From Reclinomonas americana ATCC 50394 (taxonomy: Eukaryota): 64,000 nucleotides of DNA. The position numbers were made by a program, and so were the translations under genes. Below, piece after piece: positions 45,684-58,158 of the stretch (its first letter is position 1; the number at the start of each line of letters is the position of its first letter). The DNA lies in NCBI GenBank assembly GCA_048213135.1, contig PS015195.1:42267-106266 (forward strand), in the 5' to 3' direction. The notes under the pieces were generated by a model. The model saw nothing but the letters and a program-made list of their open reading frames with translations, was not told the DNA's origin and ran no database searches.

Positions 45684-46553
45684 ATGCACAAGATCGTAGT
45701 GGTCTGCGCTTTGGCGCTCCTGTGTCTCGTGTCGGTGGCGAACGCCGACATTCTGCGTGCGGCCGGTGGCTACACGCCGGCGACTGCCGTCGACATTATC
45801 TGCCGCACTGGCCAGATCTCCATCACCTCTGCTCAGATCCGCGGCTGCACCCAGGGTGAGTTGATCTGGTTTCTTTCTTTGTATCCGAACAGCAATTCAC
45901 GAATCATTGTACAGCCGACGGCTGCAAGAACATTGCTGCGCCTGCCTGCAGCGTCACCAACAACGTGCTGGCGACGACCCTGGTCCAGCAGCAGAATGGC
46001 AAGACTGCGGCGTGGTTGCGTGTGGAGGACTTTGAGGTGTGTTCGAATGACAATATTTCACTGCAATTGATCGCCACTCACTCTCTCTCTCCCCTCTCAG
46101 AGCGCCGCTGCTGCCTGCACCAGCTCGCGTGTGTTGTGGGTCGAGTTCACCTGCGCCACCCCGCCGCCGCCACCGCCACCACCGCCACCGGTCAAGGTGT
46201 ACCAGGCGTGCGGCGGCTGGGCTGTGGACCTGAGCTGCAAGGCCGAGAACGCCAAGATTGCTGTGGTGTCGGCGGCGGTGCGCGGTGCGACGGACACTGA
46301 CGGCTGCTTCGGCAACAACGCGACGAATGCACCGGCGGTGTGCCAGCAGACTGTTGACCGCACGGCTGACCTGATCGCCGCCTGCAACGGTGTGACCGCG
46401 TGCTGGGCTCGCGTGGAGGCTCTGGAGGGCGCTCCCTTCACTGGCACCTTTGCCACGTGCTGGAACTCGCAGACCAACGCTGGCGCTCTCGGCAACGGCA
46501 CCGGCAATGTCGGCTTCCGCGTGCTGGTGGTGTCGTACCAGTGCCTGCCGTAA
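45684..46553 (+). CDS. secreted SUEL-lectin-like protein (copy 2, tandem duplicate)
   Basis: Near-identical coding sequence and the same intron positions as 44015-44905. Confidence 0.65.
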
Positions 46554-46994
46554 AATCTTGAGGTGGTGGAGAGGAGCACCAAATGATCGTTGAATGAACG
46601 AATGTGCCCCAATTTTGAGATGATTATGAGTGGCCGATAGAAGCCAAAGAGTGGTGGGGGACTGAGATGAAAGGGATTTGCAGCGGAGGGAATGGAGATC
46701 GAGACAACTGCAAGAAACCGACACGAGATGTTCGATTTCGATATCTGAAACTGTCCGCTCCCCAATCCATCTTTTTGTTGACAAGAAACCCTCTGAGTGT
46801 CTTTGCAGCTCTCTCTCTCTCTCTCTCTCTCTCTGGCTCACTCTGTTCCTCTTCGATGTTGCATTTCTCTTGCAATCTCTCTTTCTCCGCCTATTTTTCA
46901 TGTGCATCTCATCCTCTCGAGAGCTTCTTCAAACGATGTCATGAATGACGTTCACTTTCAACTCCAATCCCACCACTACCACTATATCTCCTGC

Positions 46995-49759
46995 TTACAT
47001 GGTAATCAGGGGGAACGAGATCTGCACAAAGAAGCCCGACACGAACACAAACTCCACATCCGACAGGTTGTTGAGCACAAAGTCCGAGGCGCCCACAATC
47101 GGCGAGCCGTTGTAGGTGATCGTCACCGCCACACCAGTGACCGGATCCATACCGTTGACGATGCGGAGGCGGAAGCCGTCCACTGGCGCGGTGCCGGTGA
47201 TCTCGTCGGCCAGATCCAGGAAGCTGGTGCCACCAGCGCACGACGTGCCCGTAATAACAAAGAGCGAGGCGTCGAGCGCCACCGACGACACTGCACTGCA
47301 GTCGGCCGTCACAATGCGGGTGGCAGTGGCCTGCAGGCGGCTCGAAACAAGGCGCGAGGCAGTCACGTCGGCCGCCGACACGGCACCAGTGGCCGTCACG
47401 TTGCCCGAGTCGTCGGCCTGCACAGCGGACGTGCCGACCTGCAGCGACGACGTGGCGTACACCGACGCGCCAGTCACCGAAGCGCCCGCCGTCACGTTGC
47501 CGGCGGTGGCGATAATGTCGCCCGTAGTGGCCGTGATCGACTTGCCGGCCAGCACATCGTTGGCGACCGACACACCGCCGCTCGGCGCCGTCAAGTTGCC
47601 ACCCGACGACGACACATCGTTGGTGGCCGTCACCGAATCGGCAGTGAGCGAGGTGCCGACGTTGAGGCTGGTGGTGATGTTGCCGATGTTGCCGCGCAGA
47701 ATGCCATTGGCGACCACCGAGCCAGCGGTCATCGAGCTGGTCACTGTCAACTTGCCGCCAACCGACGAGTCGCCACTCGCCTGCAGCGACTTGGCGCTGA
47801 CCGTGCCGTTCGACGCCACCAGGCCACCAGTGCTGGCGACGAACGAGGCGCCCGTCACGACCTGGGAGACATTGACGCCACCATTGGAGGCCACAAAGCT
47901 GCCGTTGCTCGTCGTGAAATCCTTGTCGGCCTTCACCGAATCGGCAGAGACCTGGCCGCCGGCCGTCACGTCGGCGACAAGCGTAGCTTCCTGGCCGCTG
48001 AGGCTGCCGCCAGCCGACACCGAACCCACACTGGCGACGCCGACCACAGTCAGCTTGCCACCGACCCACGCGTCACCAGTGGACTGCAGCTGGCCACCGC
48101 GCAGCAAGCCCGGGGTGGTCAGATCCTGGCAGCTGCCAGCATCCCACGACACAGGTGCGCACTGATCGCAGGCGGCGCCCGTGGCGCGAGCGCTGCACAC
48201 GCAGGCTCCCGTGGTCGGGTTGCACGTGCCGTTGCCGCTGCAGGTGACGGCCGCGTTGCAGAACTTGCTGCAGTCGGCGCCATAGTAGTTGGCGTTGCAG
48301 ACGCACTTGTTCTGCATGGCGTCGTAGGAGCCGTTGCCGGAGCACACCAGGCAGTTGGGTCCGGTGCCCGTCAGGCACAGGCACGAGCCGTCGGACAGGC
48401 ACAGGCCGTTGCCAGAGCACTTGACGGCGGCGTTGCAGGCTGCGGGGGTGTTGATCAGCGTCGGGTAGCCGCCGGCCGCCTGGCCGCACAGCGGGAAGCC
48501 GCGGTTGTCGTAGTTGGGCGAGCAGGCGTCGCAGCGAGGGCCCTCTAAAGGGGGGGGATGAGGAAAAGGGGGATGGAATGGGTGCGGGAAAAGAAAAGAA
48601 GGACGCAACGGTACTGAATGTTGCAGACGCACGCGCCATTGACGCAGTTGCCTCCGGGCTGTGGAAGGAGAAGGGGAGGGAAGGGGTGAGAGAGGGGAAG
48701 GAGAAGGCGAAGGTTAGGAAACTGGAGAAACGGCAAGGAAAGGAGAGAAACAACAAGGGAGAAGAGGAAAAAAGAAAGGAAACGGGGGGAGAAAGGGAAG
48801 GAGCGGGGAACAACAAGGTAAGTAGAGAAACGGCAAGGGGGAAGAGAAATGCAAGACAAGGAGAGAAACAACCAGAGAGAGAAGAGAGAATGTGGAAAGG
48901 AAACGGGAGAGAAGCAGTGCAAGGAGAGAAAGAGGGAAGCAGAGAAACAGGGAAAGAAGAGAGACAAGACAAGGAGAGTTGAACAGAAAGGAGAAATGGA
49001 GACATGAAGAGACAAGACAAAAGGAGAGCAGAGAAAAGGCGGGGGAACAGGGACTGCAGGAGANNNNNNNNNNNNNNNNNNNNNNNNNNNNNNNNNNNNN
49101 NNNNNNNNNNNNNNNNNNNNNNNNNNNNNNNNNNNNNNNNNNNNNNNNNNNNNNNNNNNNNNNNNNNNNNNNNNNNNNNNNNNNNNNNNNNNNNNNNNNN
49201 NNNNNNNNNNNNNNNNNNNNNNNNNNNNNNNNNNNNNNNNNNNNNNNNNNNNNNNNNNNNNNNNNNNNNNNNNNNNNNNNNNNNNNNNNNNNNNNNNNNN
49301 NNNNNNNNNNNNNNNNNNNNNNNNNNNNNNNNNNNNNNNNNNNNNNNNNNNNNNNNNNNNNNNNNNNNNNNNNNNNNNNNNNNNNNNNNNNNNNNNNNNN
49401 NNNNNNNNNNNNNNNNNNNNNNNNNNNNNNNNNNNNNNNNNNNNNNNNNNNNNNNNNNNNNNNNNNNNNNNNNNNNNNNNNNNNNNNNNNNNNNNNNNNN
49501 NNNNNNNNNNNNNNNNNNNNNNNNNNNNNNNNNNNNNNNNNNNNNNNNNNNNNNNNNNNNNNNNNNNNNNNNNNNNNNNNNNNNNNNNNNNNNNNNNNNN
49601 NNNNNNNNNNNNNNNNNNNNNNNNNNNNNNNNNNNNNNNNNNNNNNNNNNNNNGAGAGAGAGAGAGAGAGAGAGAAGCGAGTCGCTCACCTTGAGCGCAC
49701 ACAAGCAGTGTGCAGAGCACGCCGACGGCGACAAAGAGGTTGCAGTGGGAGGTACGCAT
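46995..49759 (-). CDS. secreted EGF/laminin-EGF repeat protein with Gly/Val/Thr/Ala beta-repeat stalk and C-terminal globular domain
   Basis: Signal exon MRTSHCNLFVAVGVLCTLLVCAQ; EGF-like CSGNGxC..CxC repeats; then about 270 aa of VTAGGxV / GDxxVGGKLTV-like repeats in one 1.55-kb exon. Confidence 0.8.
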
Positions 49760-50957
49760 GTTGAGAAGTGAGAAGTGACTCTGCGCAGAAGCGTGGATGT
49801 GAGTGATCGGGGCTCATGCATCACACAAACATCACAGAGGGGAGAATGGAGTGGGGAGAGAGTGGAGAGAGTGGAGAGAAAGATGGAGGTGGCCTTAGCG
49901 CACCTATCTACGTTGAAAGAGTGATGCGTGAGGCGGCTCTCACGCTCGGAAAAACTCGAGTCGTGAACACAATGCAAAATGCACACGCATTTCATGCATG
50001 CAGAGTGCATATTCGAGACACACTCTGCACTCCCTGTCGCGGGGATGGCGGTGATGGTGACGGTGGCAGTGAGCGGGTGTGAGGAATGCAGCTGCGCAGC
50101 GAGCGTGATCGAAGAAGATGATGACGTGTTCGGAAATTTAAATACCGTAGACCAATCGTACGCGTGTACATAGACGGCGACAAGTGCTGCGTGAGCAACA
50201 GCAACTGCAAGTGCTGTGGAGAGTGCTCTGGGGTGGCCAGGTTCAGCGAGCAGTGAATAGATGGTCTGAGCTTCAATTTCGCAACATCTCGCGCGCGATA
50301 CAACAACTTTACTCTAAACAGCAACAGCTGCATGATGATCACCATCTTGAGTGAGTGTTCTTGTGCACGCACCTCGAAACGATCGCGTGTGGCTGGAGGA
50401 ACGTCGCTGCTGCACATCCTTCGATACGCAGCGACTTCCGTCAGCTTGTCTCGTGTGCAAGCCCGCTCGCGGTCAAGGTCGCAATGCGCATGTCGAAAGT
50501 CCACGTCTCCATGGATCCAATCGATGAAAAGCATGGTCACGGAAAAAACAATAGCACACAAATGTGTGATGCCAAAGACGGACGGAGACTTACGAGACCT
50601 TCCGCCAGCTCCACGAGATGCACGCAATGCGCCTTGAGTGTGCATGCTGCGAATTCGAATTCGCAATCGGATTCAAGCAACGAGCTCGAGCTGTTCCGAA
50701 TTCAAAGGTTGGAGTAGAAGCTGATCGTCATAAGACCCACCTGCTTGTATACTCAATGGTCTGAGTACCTGCTGCTGCTGCGCCGCCTGGTTCGTTGTGT
50801 TGTGTTCGGAATTCCACCGAGATCGACACACTCCGTCTTCTCCTCAAATCTTCTGGTGCGTGGGTACGGGCCTGATGAGAACTCTTGCACAGTGAAGGCC
50901 ACGTTGCCTCTCTCTGTCTCACACATTGACTTGTGTGTGTACACACAGTAAGTCAAG

Positions 50958-52371
50958 ATGGCAGACGTTCCGGCGATGGTTGATCCTTCCTTCAGGTATG
51001 TTGGTGGTCTCTCTACCGTGTGGTGTGCGACGAGAGGATAGAGGGAAGAGGGAAGGAGGGAGGGAAAGGGAGGGAAGTGGGAGAAAGAGAGAGAAGCATG
51101 AGTCTAGCATGCGTGTATTGAAGCGCGCATTTTTCTCATCATTGCTCGCTTGCATGTGCGCAGTGGCAGCAGCTACTACACGGTGCCGGGGCAGGTGAGC
51201 GTGCTTGTGAGCATGAGAGAGAGATGATGATGATGATGGATGATGATGGATGAAGTGTGTTCGGAATGATGTCTTTTCTTCTCACTTCTCACTGCTGAGC
51301 ACATCACACTCGCACCTCTTGTGTGTACAGTGCGCACTAATGTTCTCTTCGTTGTTGTGATGCCACTGTTCTCACTCAGTCTCTTCATGTCACTTTTCCT
51401 GTCTGTTTGTCTCGGCGGGTGTCTGTCGCGCTGTCTGTGTTTGCCTTCTCCTGCTTGCTCCACGCCTTCTTTCTTCTTCCTTGTTTGTCTCTTTCTCCCT
51501 GCAGTTCTTGTTCTTCGCGGCGCAGCTCATTGCGCTCTGTCTCCTGGGTGTGATGCCTTTCGTGCCCAGCAGTTCGTGCTCTTTGTGACACAGCTCATGG
51601 TGCACAGTCACCTGCTCCCTCTGCTTGTTCTGCTGTGATGCCTTTCGTGCCCTCAAGTTCTTGCTCTTTGTGGCACAACTCGTGATACGCTGTCCCCTGC
51701 TGGCACGGGTGTGATGGCTCTCGTGTCCTCAAGTTCATGCTCTTTGTGACACAACTCATGGTGCACCGTCCCCTGCTCCCTCTGCTGGTGCCGCTGTGAT
51801 GCCTCTCGTACCCTGCAGTTCTTGTTCTTCGCGGCGCAGCTCGTTGCGCACTGTCCCCTGCTCCCTCTACTGGTACCGCTGTGATGCCTCTCGTACCCTG
51901 CAGTTCTTGTTTTTCGCGACACAGCTCATGGTGTACCGTCCCCTGCTCCCTCTGCTTGTTCTGCTGTGATGCCTCTCATGCCCTCAAGTTCTTGCTCTTT
52001 GTGACACAACTCGTGATGCACTGTCGTGCCTGCTACCGTTGATGCGATGCCTCTCGCGACTTGAAGTTCTTGTCACTGCTTTGCGCTTCCCTCTGCTGGC
52101 ACTGTGGCGGCTCGCCTTGCTCTGCTCTTGCATCATCTAGCACCCTTTCTCTCTCCTCGTCCCCGTTGTTTCTTCCCTCCTCTCGTGTCTTGCTCTTCCT
52201 GTCCCGTGCGCTTTCCTCCTCCTCCTCACCTGTATCTCTGTTCTCGCCTCGATGCAGCTCGCTGGACTCACGCAGGCCAGCAGCAGCGACTACGGAACTA
52301 TGACCGCCGCCGGCTACGGTGCTCTGCAGCTGCCGACCTCGTCGGTGAACAGCTGGACCGGCAATTGCTGA
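50958..52371 (+). CDS. 60-aa microprotein A, 3 exons (50958-50995, 51164-51194, 52258-52371)
   Basis: MADVPAMVDPSFS|GSSYYTVPGQ|LAGLTQASSSDYGTMTAAGYGALQLPTSSVNSWTGNC*; good GT..AG sites, GC3-rich codons, similar to the adjacent gene B. Confidence 0.6.
51495..52075. repeat. degenerate intronic minisatellite (agttcttgctctttgtgacacaactc..ccctgctccctctgc..tgtgatgcctctcg units)
   Basis: Multiple diverged copies inside intron 2 of microprotein A. Confidence 0.85.
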
Positions 52372-52535
52372 TGGATGCCACTGAGTGTTGCCTCTACCCG
52401 CCCCCCCTCGCTCCCCTCAATCCCCTTCCCCTCTCCGAATGCGTTTGGCACAATGAAGCATCAGCGCCGGGAGAGTTTTGTACGCAGTGTCCCACAAGCA
52501 GCTCTTGTTTTCTTATTCGTCACCGAGCACACATC

Positions 52536-53406
52536 ATGTCTGGCATTCCCGCTCTGATTGACCCTGTGGGCCCGTAGTTGCGCTTGAGTGCTTCTTGTGT
52601 GCCTCACGCACACGCATGCGCTCAGAGAGTGTGTGTGAGAAGAAACACTTGATTAAGAATACGTGTCCGCGGAAGGCGAATAAAGAGAGAGAGAGAGAGA
52701 GAGAGAAGGAGGAACGGAGAGAGAGAGAGTGTGTGTGCGTGTGTATATGAGAGTCAGCGCATTTGTCAATGCGGTCAAACTCATTTCGTTCGGACACCTC
52801 GCTCTGTGCAGTGGTGGTCACTACGTGGCGACCGCCGGCACCATGTTGGGCCTTGACAACACTGTCATGTCGCAGTCGAACGTGAGTACACAGCACTCCC
52901 TGCTTTCGCTTGTTTGCGTGTACGTGTCACATTCTCTTACTTACCTCTGATGAGGTGTTCCTTCTCTTGCTCTCTCTTTCTCTCTCTCGCTCGCTCTCCG
53001 CCTTCGCTTGTTTGCGTGTTCATGTTGACTTCCCTTGCAATTGCTCGTGTTCTCTCACATTCTCCGCCTTTCCCTGTCCTCGTGCTTCATGAGGTTTTCC
53101 TTCATTGTTCTCTCTCGCCTTCCCTTGCTAATGTTTCATGTCGCCTGCTTGCGCTTCCACTCGTGCCTTCTCTTGTTCATGTTCCGTTCTCCGGCTCGTG
53201 GTTGCTTCCTCCATTCTTTCTCCACCTTCACCTGACCTTGCCTGGTCCCCACTCTCTTTTACCCATCTCATTCTCACCTATCGCCACCCCACCAGATCTA
53301 CAACCCGGCCTACCAGCAGATGACGCTGTCGTCGGTGCAGAACCTGTCGACTGGCTACGTCAACTTCCTGAAGGAGGGCGCCGCCGACGAAGCCGCCGGC
53401 TACTAA
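52536..53406 (+). CDS. 73-aa microprotein B, 3 exons (52536-52576, 52812-52881, 53296-53406)
   Basis: MSGIPALIDPVGPY|GGHYVATAGTMLGLDNTVMSQSN|IYNPAYQQMTLSSVQNLSTGYVNFLKEGAADEAAGY*. Confidence 0.65.
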
Positions 53407-53559
53407 GCGCATTCTAACACCTGAGCGGCTGTGTGTACAAGCCGCATTCTTGCCTCTCTCCCTACTCCCTTGTTCTCTCGCGCACTGGCGCGTTGAGTGA
53501 AGAGCGAGCTTGTCTGTCCCCTCCTCCATTTGCGCCTCTCGTTTCACTACACCCGCCCA

Positions 53560-55966
53560 TCAGCGAAACAGGGAGGAGAAAAAGTCGGCCACGGGGTTGG
53601 CGTTGGGCGGTGGTGGCCGTCCGCCCTGCAGCTGCTGCTGCTCTACACCCTCCGCCAACATGTCCAACATGTGCGGCGGCAGCAGCTCCAGATCGTCCGG
53701 GTGCACGCCGGCCAGCGCATTGTGCGTAAAGAGCGAGTTGTCGATCACTGTCAGGATGCCACCTGCACACCGCCACCACCACAACAGCACAAATGAGAGA
53801 CCAGAGCTTCTCTACGAGCGATTCGCCGCCACGCGCTCACCTTCTTGATGAACGACCTTGTAGACATTGTACTGCGGCGACTCGGCCAGCTCATTGACGA
53901 GCGACTGACAGTTTTGCGCGGCATCCTCCAGCGCATCAATCTCACACAGCTCAACCAGCAGGCGGTCGGTCATCGCGGCCACCTGTCGATCACCAGTCAG
54001 CGTACAAAGATCCATGACCCGTCTCCTTGCTATTGCCTCACCTCCGGCATCTTCCAGAACTCCTCTTGCCGCTGCAGCGCCACATCCATTAACCGCTCGA
54101 CCACCAGCGGCAGCACCACGGCCGACTCGCTCTCCCCAACCATGTTTGTCTCCTCGGCAAAGATCGACACGCGCTCCTTGGTGGCAGGTCGCAACAGCGA
54201 CTCGCGATGCAGGAAGCGCGCCACCCACAGCAGCAGCGGCGGCAAATCACGCACAGCCGTCGTCAGCCTCGTGCGGAACTTGGCCTCGTCGCCCGCCACG
54301 GCCGCGCCCACCGCACAGGCCAGTGAGAGCGACGGAATCGGAGGCAGGTTGCGGGCCCGTCGGTAGGCGTCAATGTCCTCCAGCGCGCTCAAGTGGCCAG
54401 ATTTGAGGCAGGCAAAGTCGAGCTGCGCAGGGAGGGCCAGGAGAAGGGTGAGAAGACAAGAGAAAGAGAGAGAGAAGGGCAGCGCCGGCAGCTGGAGGCA
54501 CACGATAATACAAGTGAATGAAGCACAAAGGGGACACAGAATAAGAGCAGCGAGAGGCGAGTAACATGGAGAAAGAGCGAGTGAACTACTGGGTCGACGG
54601 CGAGTTAGTGAAGCAGGACGGATGAGGGAGAAGGTAAGAGGAGGTCACAGTATGGTAAGGAGTGAGTTGGAGAAAGAAGGAAAGAAGGAAGGAAGGAAGG
54701 AAGGAAGGAAGAAGGAAAGAAGGAAGGAAGGAAGGAAGGAAGAAAGGAAGGAAAGAAAGAAAGAAANNNNNNNNNNNNNNNNNNNNNNNNNNNNNNNNNN
54801 NNNNNNNNNNNNNNNNNNNNNNNNNNNNNNNNNNNNNNNNNNNNNNNNNNNNNNNNNNNNNNNNNNNNNNNNNNNNNNNNNNNNNNNNNNNNNNNNNNNN
54901 NNNNNNNNNNNNNNNNNNNNNNNNNNNNNNNNNNNNNNNNNNNNNNNNNNNNNNNNNNNNNNNNNNNNNNNNNNNNNNNNNNNNNNNNNNNNNNNNNNNN
55001 NNNNNNNNNNNNNNNNNNNNNNNNNNNNNNNNNNNNNNNNNNNNNNNNNNNNNNNNNNNNNNNNNNNNNNNNNNNNNNNNNNNNNNNNNNNNNNNNNNNN
55101 NNNNNNNNNNNNNNNNNNNNNNNNNNNNNNNNNNNNNNNNNNNNNNNNNNNNNNNNNNNNNNNNNNNNNNNNNNNNNNNNNNNNNNNNNNNNNNNNNNNN
55201 NNNNNNNNNNNNNNNNNNNNNNNNNNNNNNNNNNNNNNNNNNNNNNNNNNNNNNNNNNNNNNNNNNNNNNNNNNNNNNNNNNNNNNNNNNNNNNNNNNNN
55301 NNNNNNNNNNNNNNNNNNNNNNNNNNNNNNNNNNNNNNNNNNNNNNNNNNNNNNNNNNNNNNNNNNNNNNNNNNNNNNNNNNNNNNNNNNNNNNNNNNNN
55401 NNNNNNNNNNNNNNNNNNNNNNNNNNNNNNNNNNNNNNNNNNNNNNNNNNNNCCGCATGGCCAACGACTTGATATCTGCCGGTGATGTGGTTGCGCGAGT
55501 TCTCTACGCTGTGGAAGAGTTGCGTGCGGTGGTCGAGGGAAAAAAGGTGCGAGAATAAGTGAGTGATTGACGGAAATGCGTGGCGCGCAGGTGTGCCCAC
55601 GTGCGCTTCCGCTGGAACGGCGCGTGTCGCATCGATCCGTCGGTGCCGGAGAACAGGACACTCTTCCGCGCTCTCAGCTTGCACATGCAGCTGTTGGGTC
55701 GACGAGGGTGCCACAGGACGGCGGCGGAGGTCGGCAAGGTGTTGTTCAGCCTGTGGCCGAGTCGCGACACGACGGGCATCTTGCTGACGGTGAGCACCCT
55801 GCTCGAGAAGGGTTTTATGTCGCTGGTCACACACACATACACACACACACACACTCACTCACTCATCACTCACTCACTCACTCACTCACTCACTCACTCA
55901 CTTACTCACTCTTTCTCTCCCTCCTTCCCTCTTTCTTTCTTTCTTTCTTTCTTTCTTTCATTTCAT

Positions 55967-56015
<49 letters not shown>

Positions 56016-57796
56016 NNNNNNNNNNNNNNNNNNNNNNNNNNNNNNNNNNNNNNNNNNNNNNNNNNNNNNNNNNNNNNNNNNNNNNNNNNNNNNNNNNNNN
56101 NNNNNNNNNNNNNNNNNNNNNNNNNNNNNNNNNNNNNNNNNNNNNNNNNNNNNNNNNNNNNNNNNNNNNNNNNNNNNNNNNNNNNNNNNNNNNNNCGTGC
56201 TGCGCAGGCGGCCGCGGAAAGCGAGGCGGCGGGTGGTGGTCGACGAGGCGGTGGTTCTTCGTCGCGCGGCTTCCGTCACCGTGCGGGAAGCCTCGTCGCC
56301 GCGCCGGGTGCCGACTGGCCGCCGGTCACAGGCGTCGGTCTCGGCATGCAGGAGTCGATGGGAGCAGATGGACGACCGGTGTACGCACTGACGCACACCG
56401 CCGACTACCAACGACAGACTCGCCGCCTGCAAATGTGTTTGGCCCGCCACGATCCGGAAATGGTGGGCGTTCTGTTCCGCGAGAATCCCTACCACCTGGA
56501 GACTCTCATGCAGCTGGCGGAGATGGANNNNNNNNNNNNNNNNNNNNNNNNNNNNNNNNNNNNNNNNNNNNNNNNNNNNNNNNNNNNNNNNNNNNNNNNN
56601 NNNNNNNNNNNNNNNNNNNNNNNNNNNNNNNNNNNNNNNNNNNNNNNNNNNNNNNNNNNNNNNNNNNNNNNNNNNNNNNNNNNNNNNNNNNNNNNNNNNN
56701 NNNNNNNNNNNNNNNNNNNNNNNNNNNNNNNNNNNNNNNNNNNNNNNNNNNNNNNNNNNNNNNNNNNNNNNNNNNNNNNNNNNNNNNNNNNNNNNNNNNN
56801 NNNNNNNNNNNNNNNNNNNNNNNNNNNNNNNNNNNNNNNNNNNNNNNNNNNNNNNNNNNAGGTTTGGTGTGAGGGTGTGCGACATACAAACATACACATT
56901 GACACATATACACACCAGTGCCTTGCTGCCGAATATCCGCTTCAGCTCGCCGGAAGGATCGAGCAGCGCAGTGTTCACGGCCAGCAGTGCATCGACCGCG
57001 TCGTAAAACTCCCCGCTTCCCGCAGAGGACGCCGCGGAGGGCGCTGATGCCGATCCACTGGCACCCTCGCTCACCGCCAGTTTGGCCATCTCTCTGTTGG
57101 GAGGGGGTGAGGGCATGAAGGGAGAAGGGAGAAGGCGAAGGGAGGGGAGAGTGCAGAAGGGTGAAGGAAGGAAGGGAGATAGCGAGTGTAGTGACAGAGA
57201 GACGTGCAAGACCAAGATCCACGCGCTGCACAACGACAACTCAACTCCAAGAACGCTTCATCCTCATCGATCGGTTCACCGTCAGCCGTCGCAGTGGGCA
57301 ACGGCGGCGGCGGCGCCGCCGCTGCCTTCTTTACCTTGCCCTTGCCCTTGTTCTTGTTCTTCTTCTTTTTGCTGCTGCTCTTCTGCTGCGTCGTTGCTCT
57401 CGTTGGCGCTGGTTGTTGCTGCACAGGCTCCCGACGCAACGCATCGGCCACCGGCATATCATCATCATCGTCGTCATCGTCCTCTTCCTCTTCCTCACGC
57501 CGCTGCATCTCACCATCAGAGCCGCAAATAGTCGCCAATCACAATGCATGCACACACACCTGACCAAATCGCACCACGCGAATCACCTCTTCCCCCTCGT
57601 CATCATCATCATCATCATCGCTGCCAGCAGCCGCGCGTCTCACAGGCGGCGGACGCATCACACGCATTCCCATGTCATCATCATCTTCATCATCATCATC
57701 ATCACCAGCTGCGCGCTTGCTCTTGGCCTTGCTCATGGCCAGAGACAGCGCAGGATCATCCTCGCCACGGAGCTTCCTCAGTGCGCGACGCGACAT
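53560..57796 (-). CDS. TCF25: TCF25/Rqc1 ribosome quality control factor; two internal contigs appear in the opposite orientation
   Basis: MSRRALRKL and LDPSGELKRIFGSK on the - strand; NPYHLETLMQLAE and ENRTLFRAL..RRGCHRTAAEVGKVLFSL..D on the + strand in 55453-56527; C-terminal NANPVADFFSSLF on the - strand. Confidence 0.88.
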
Positions 57797-58158
57797 CGTG
57801 AAAGTGGACAATGCGCGAGACAGACGAGGCTCGCGGGGACTGAACTGGCGAACAAGGCAAACCCCGGGCGTGGAGGCAGTGCGGAAGGACATCATCACGA
57901 CGTCGAATGAGCGACGTTGTCTGTCTCAACGCGGAAGCACCCACGTTTGCAGCTGCATTTCGGAGTGGACAATACCGGTTCTCGAGCCGCGTTCGTTGGC
58001 GCAAAGAGAGAGAGAGAGAGCGCTGTCAGTGTTGCAAACACTGCATTCGCTTGCTAACAGAGTGCTTGCTGAAGTCCCCTGGGTTTGCCTACCATCAAAG
58101 TGGACAGTGGCTCGCGCTGCCTTCCAAATCAGGCAATTTTGTGTCGATTGAGAACGCG

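Larger units (their letters stand above)
43859..46637 (+). repeat. direct duplication of about 1.1 kb (about 43859-44998 and 45531-46637) covering promoter, gene and part of the 3' flank
   Basis: Both copies begin ctccgtcgacgcggaagaaatgcag and share caaatgatcgttgaatgaac..tgtgccccaattttgagat downstream of the stop. Confidence 0.95.

Noticed and set aside
49990-50670. Possible minus-strand gene (LFIDWIHGDVDF..RFE|SKVVV..)
   Set aside because: One plausible intron, but no clear start, end or recognisable domain; not supportable without transcripts
51495-52075. CRISPR-like repeat-spacer array
   Set aside because: Units are degenerate, the intervening sequence is also repeated, it is intronic in a eukaryote and no cas genes are present
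52366-52500. TGC-TGA at the end of microprotein A read as Cys-Sec
   Set aside because: No convincing SECIS (ATGA-N10-12-AA..GA) seen downstream; TGA is treated as stop
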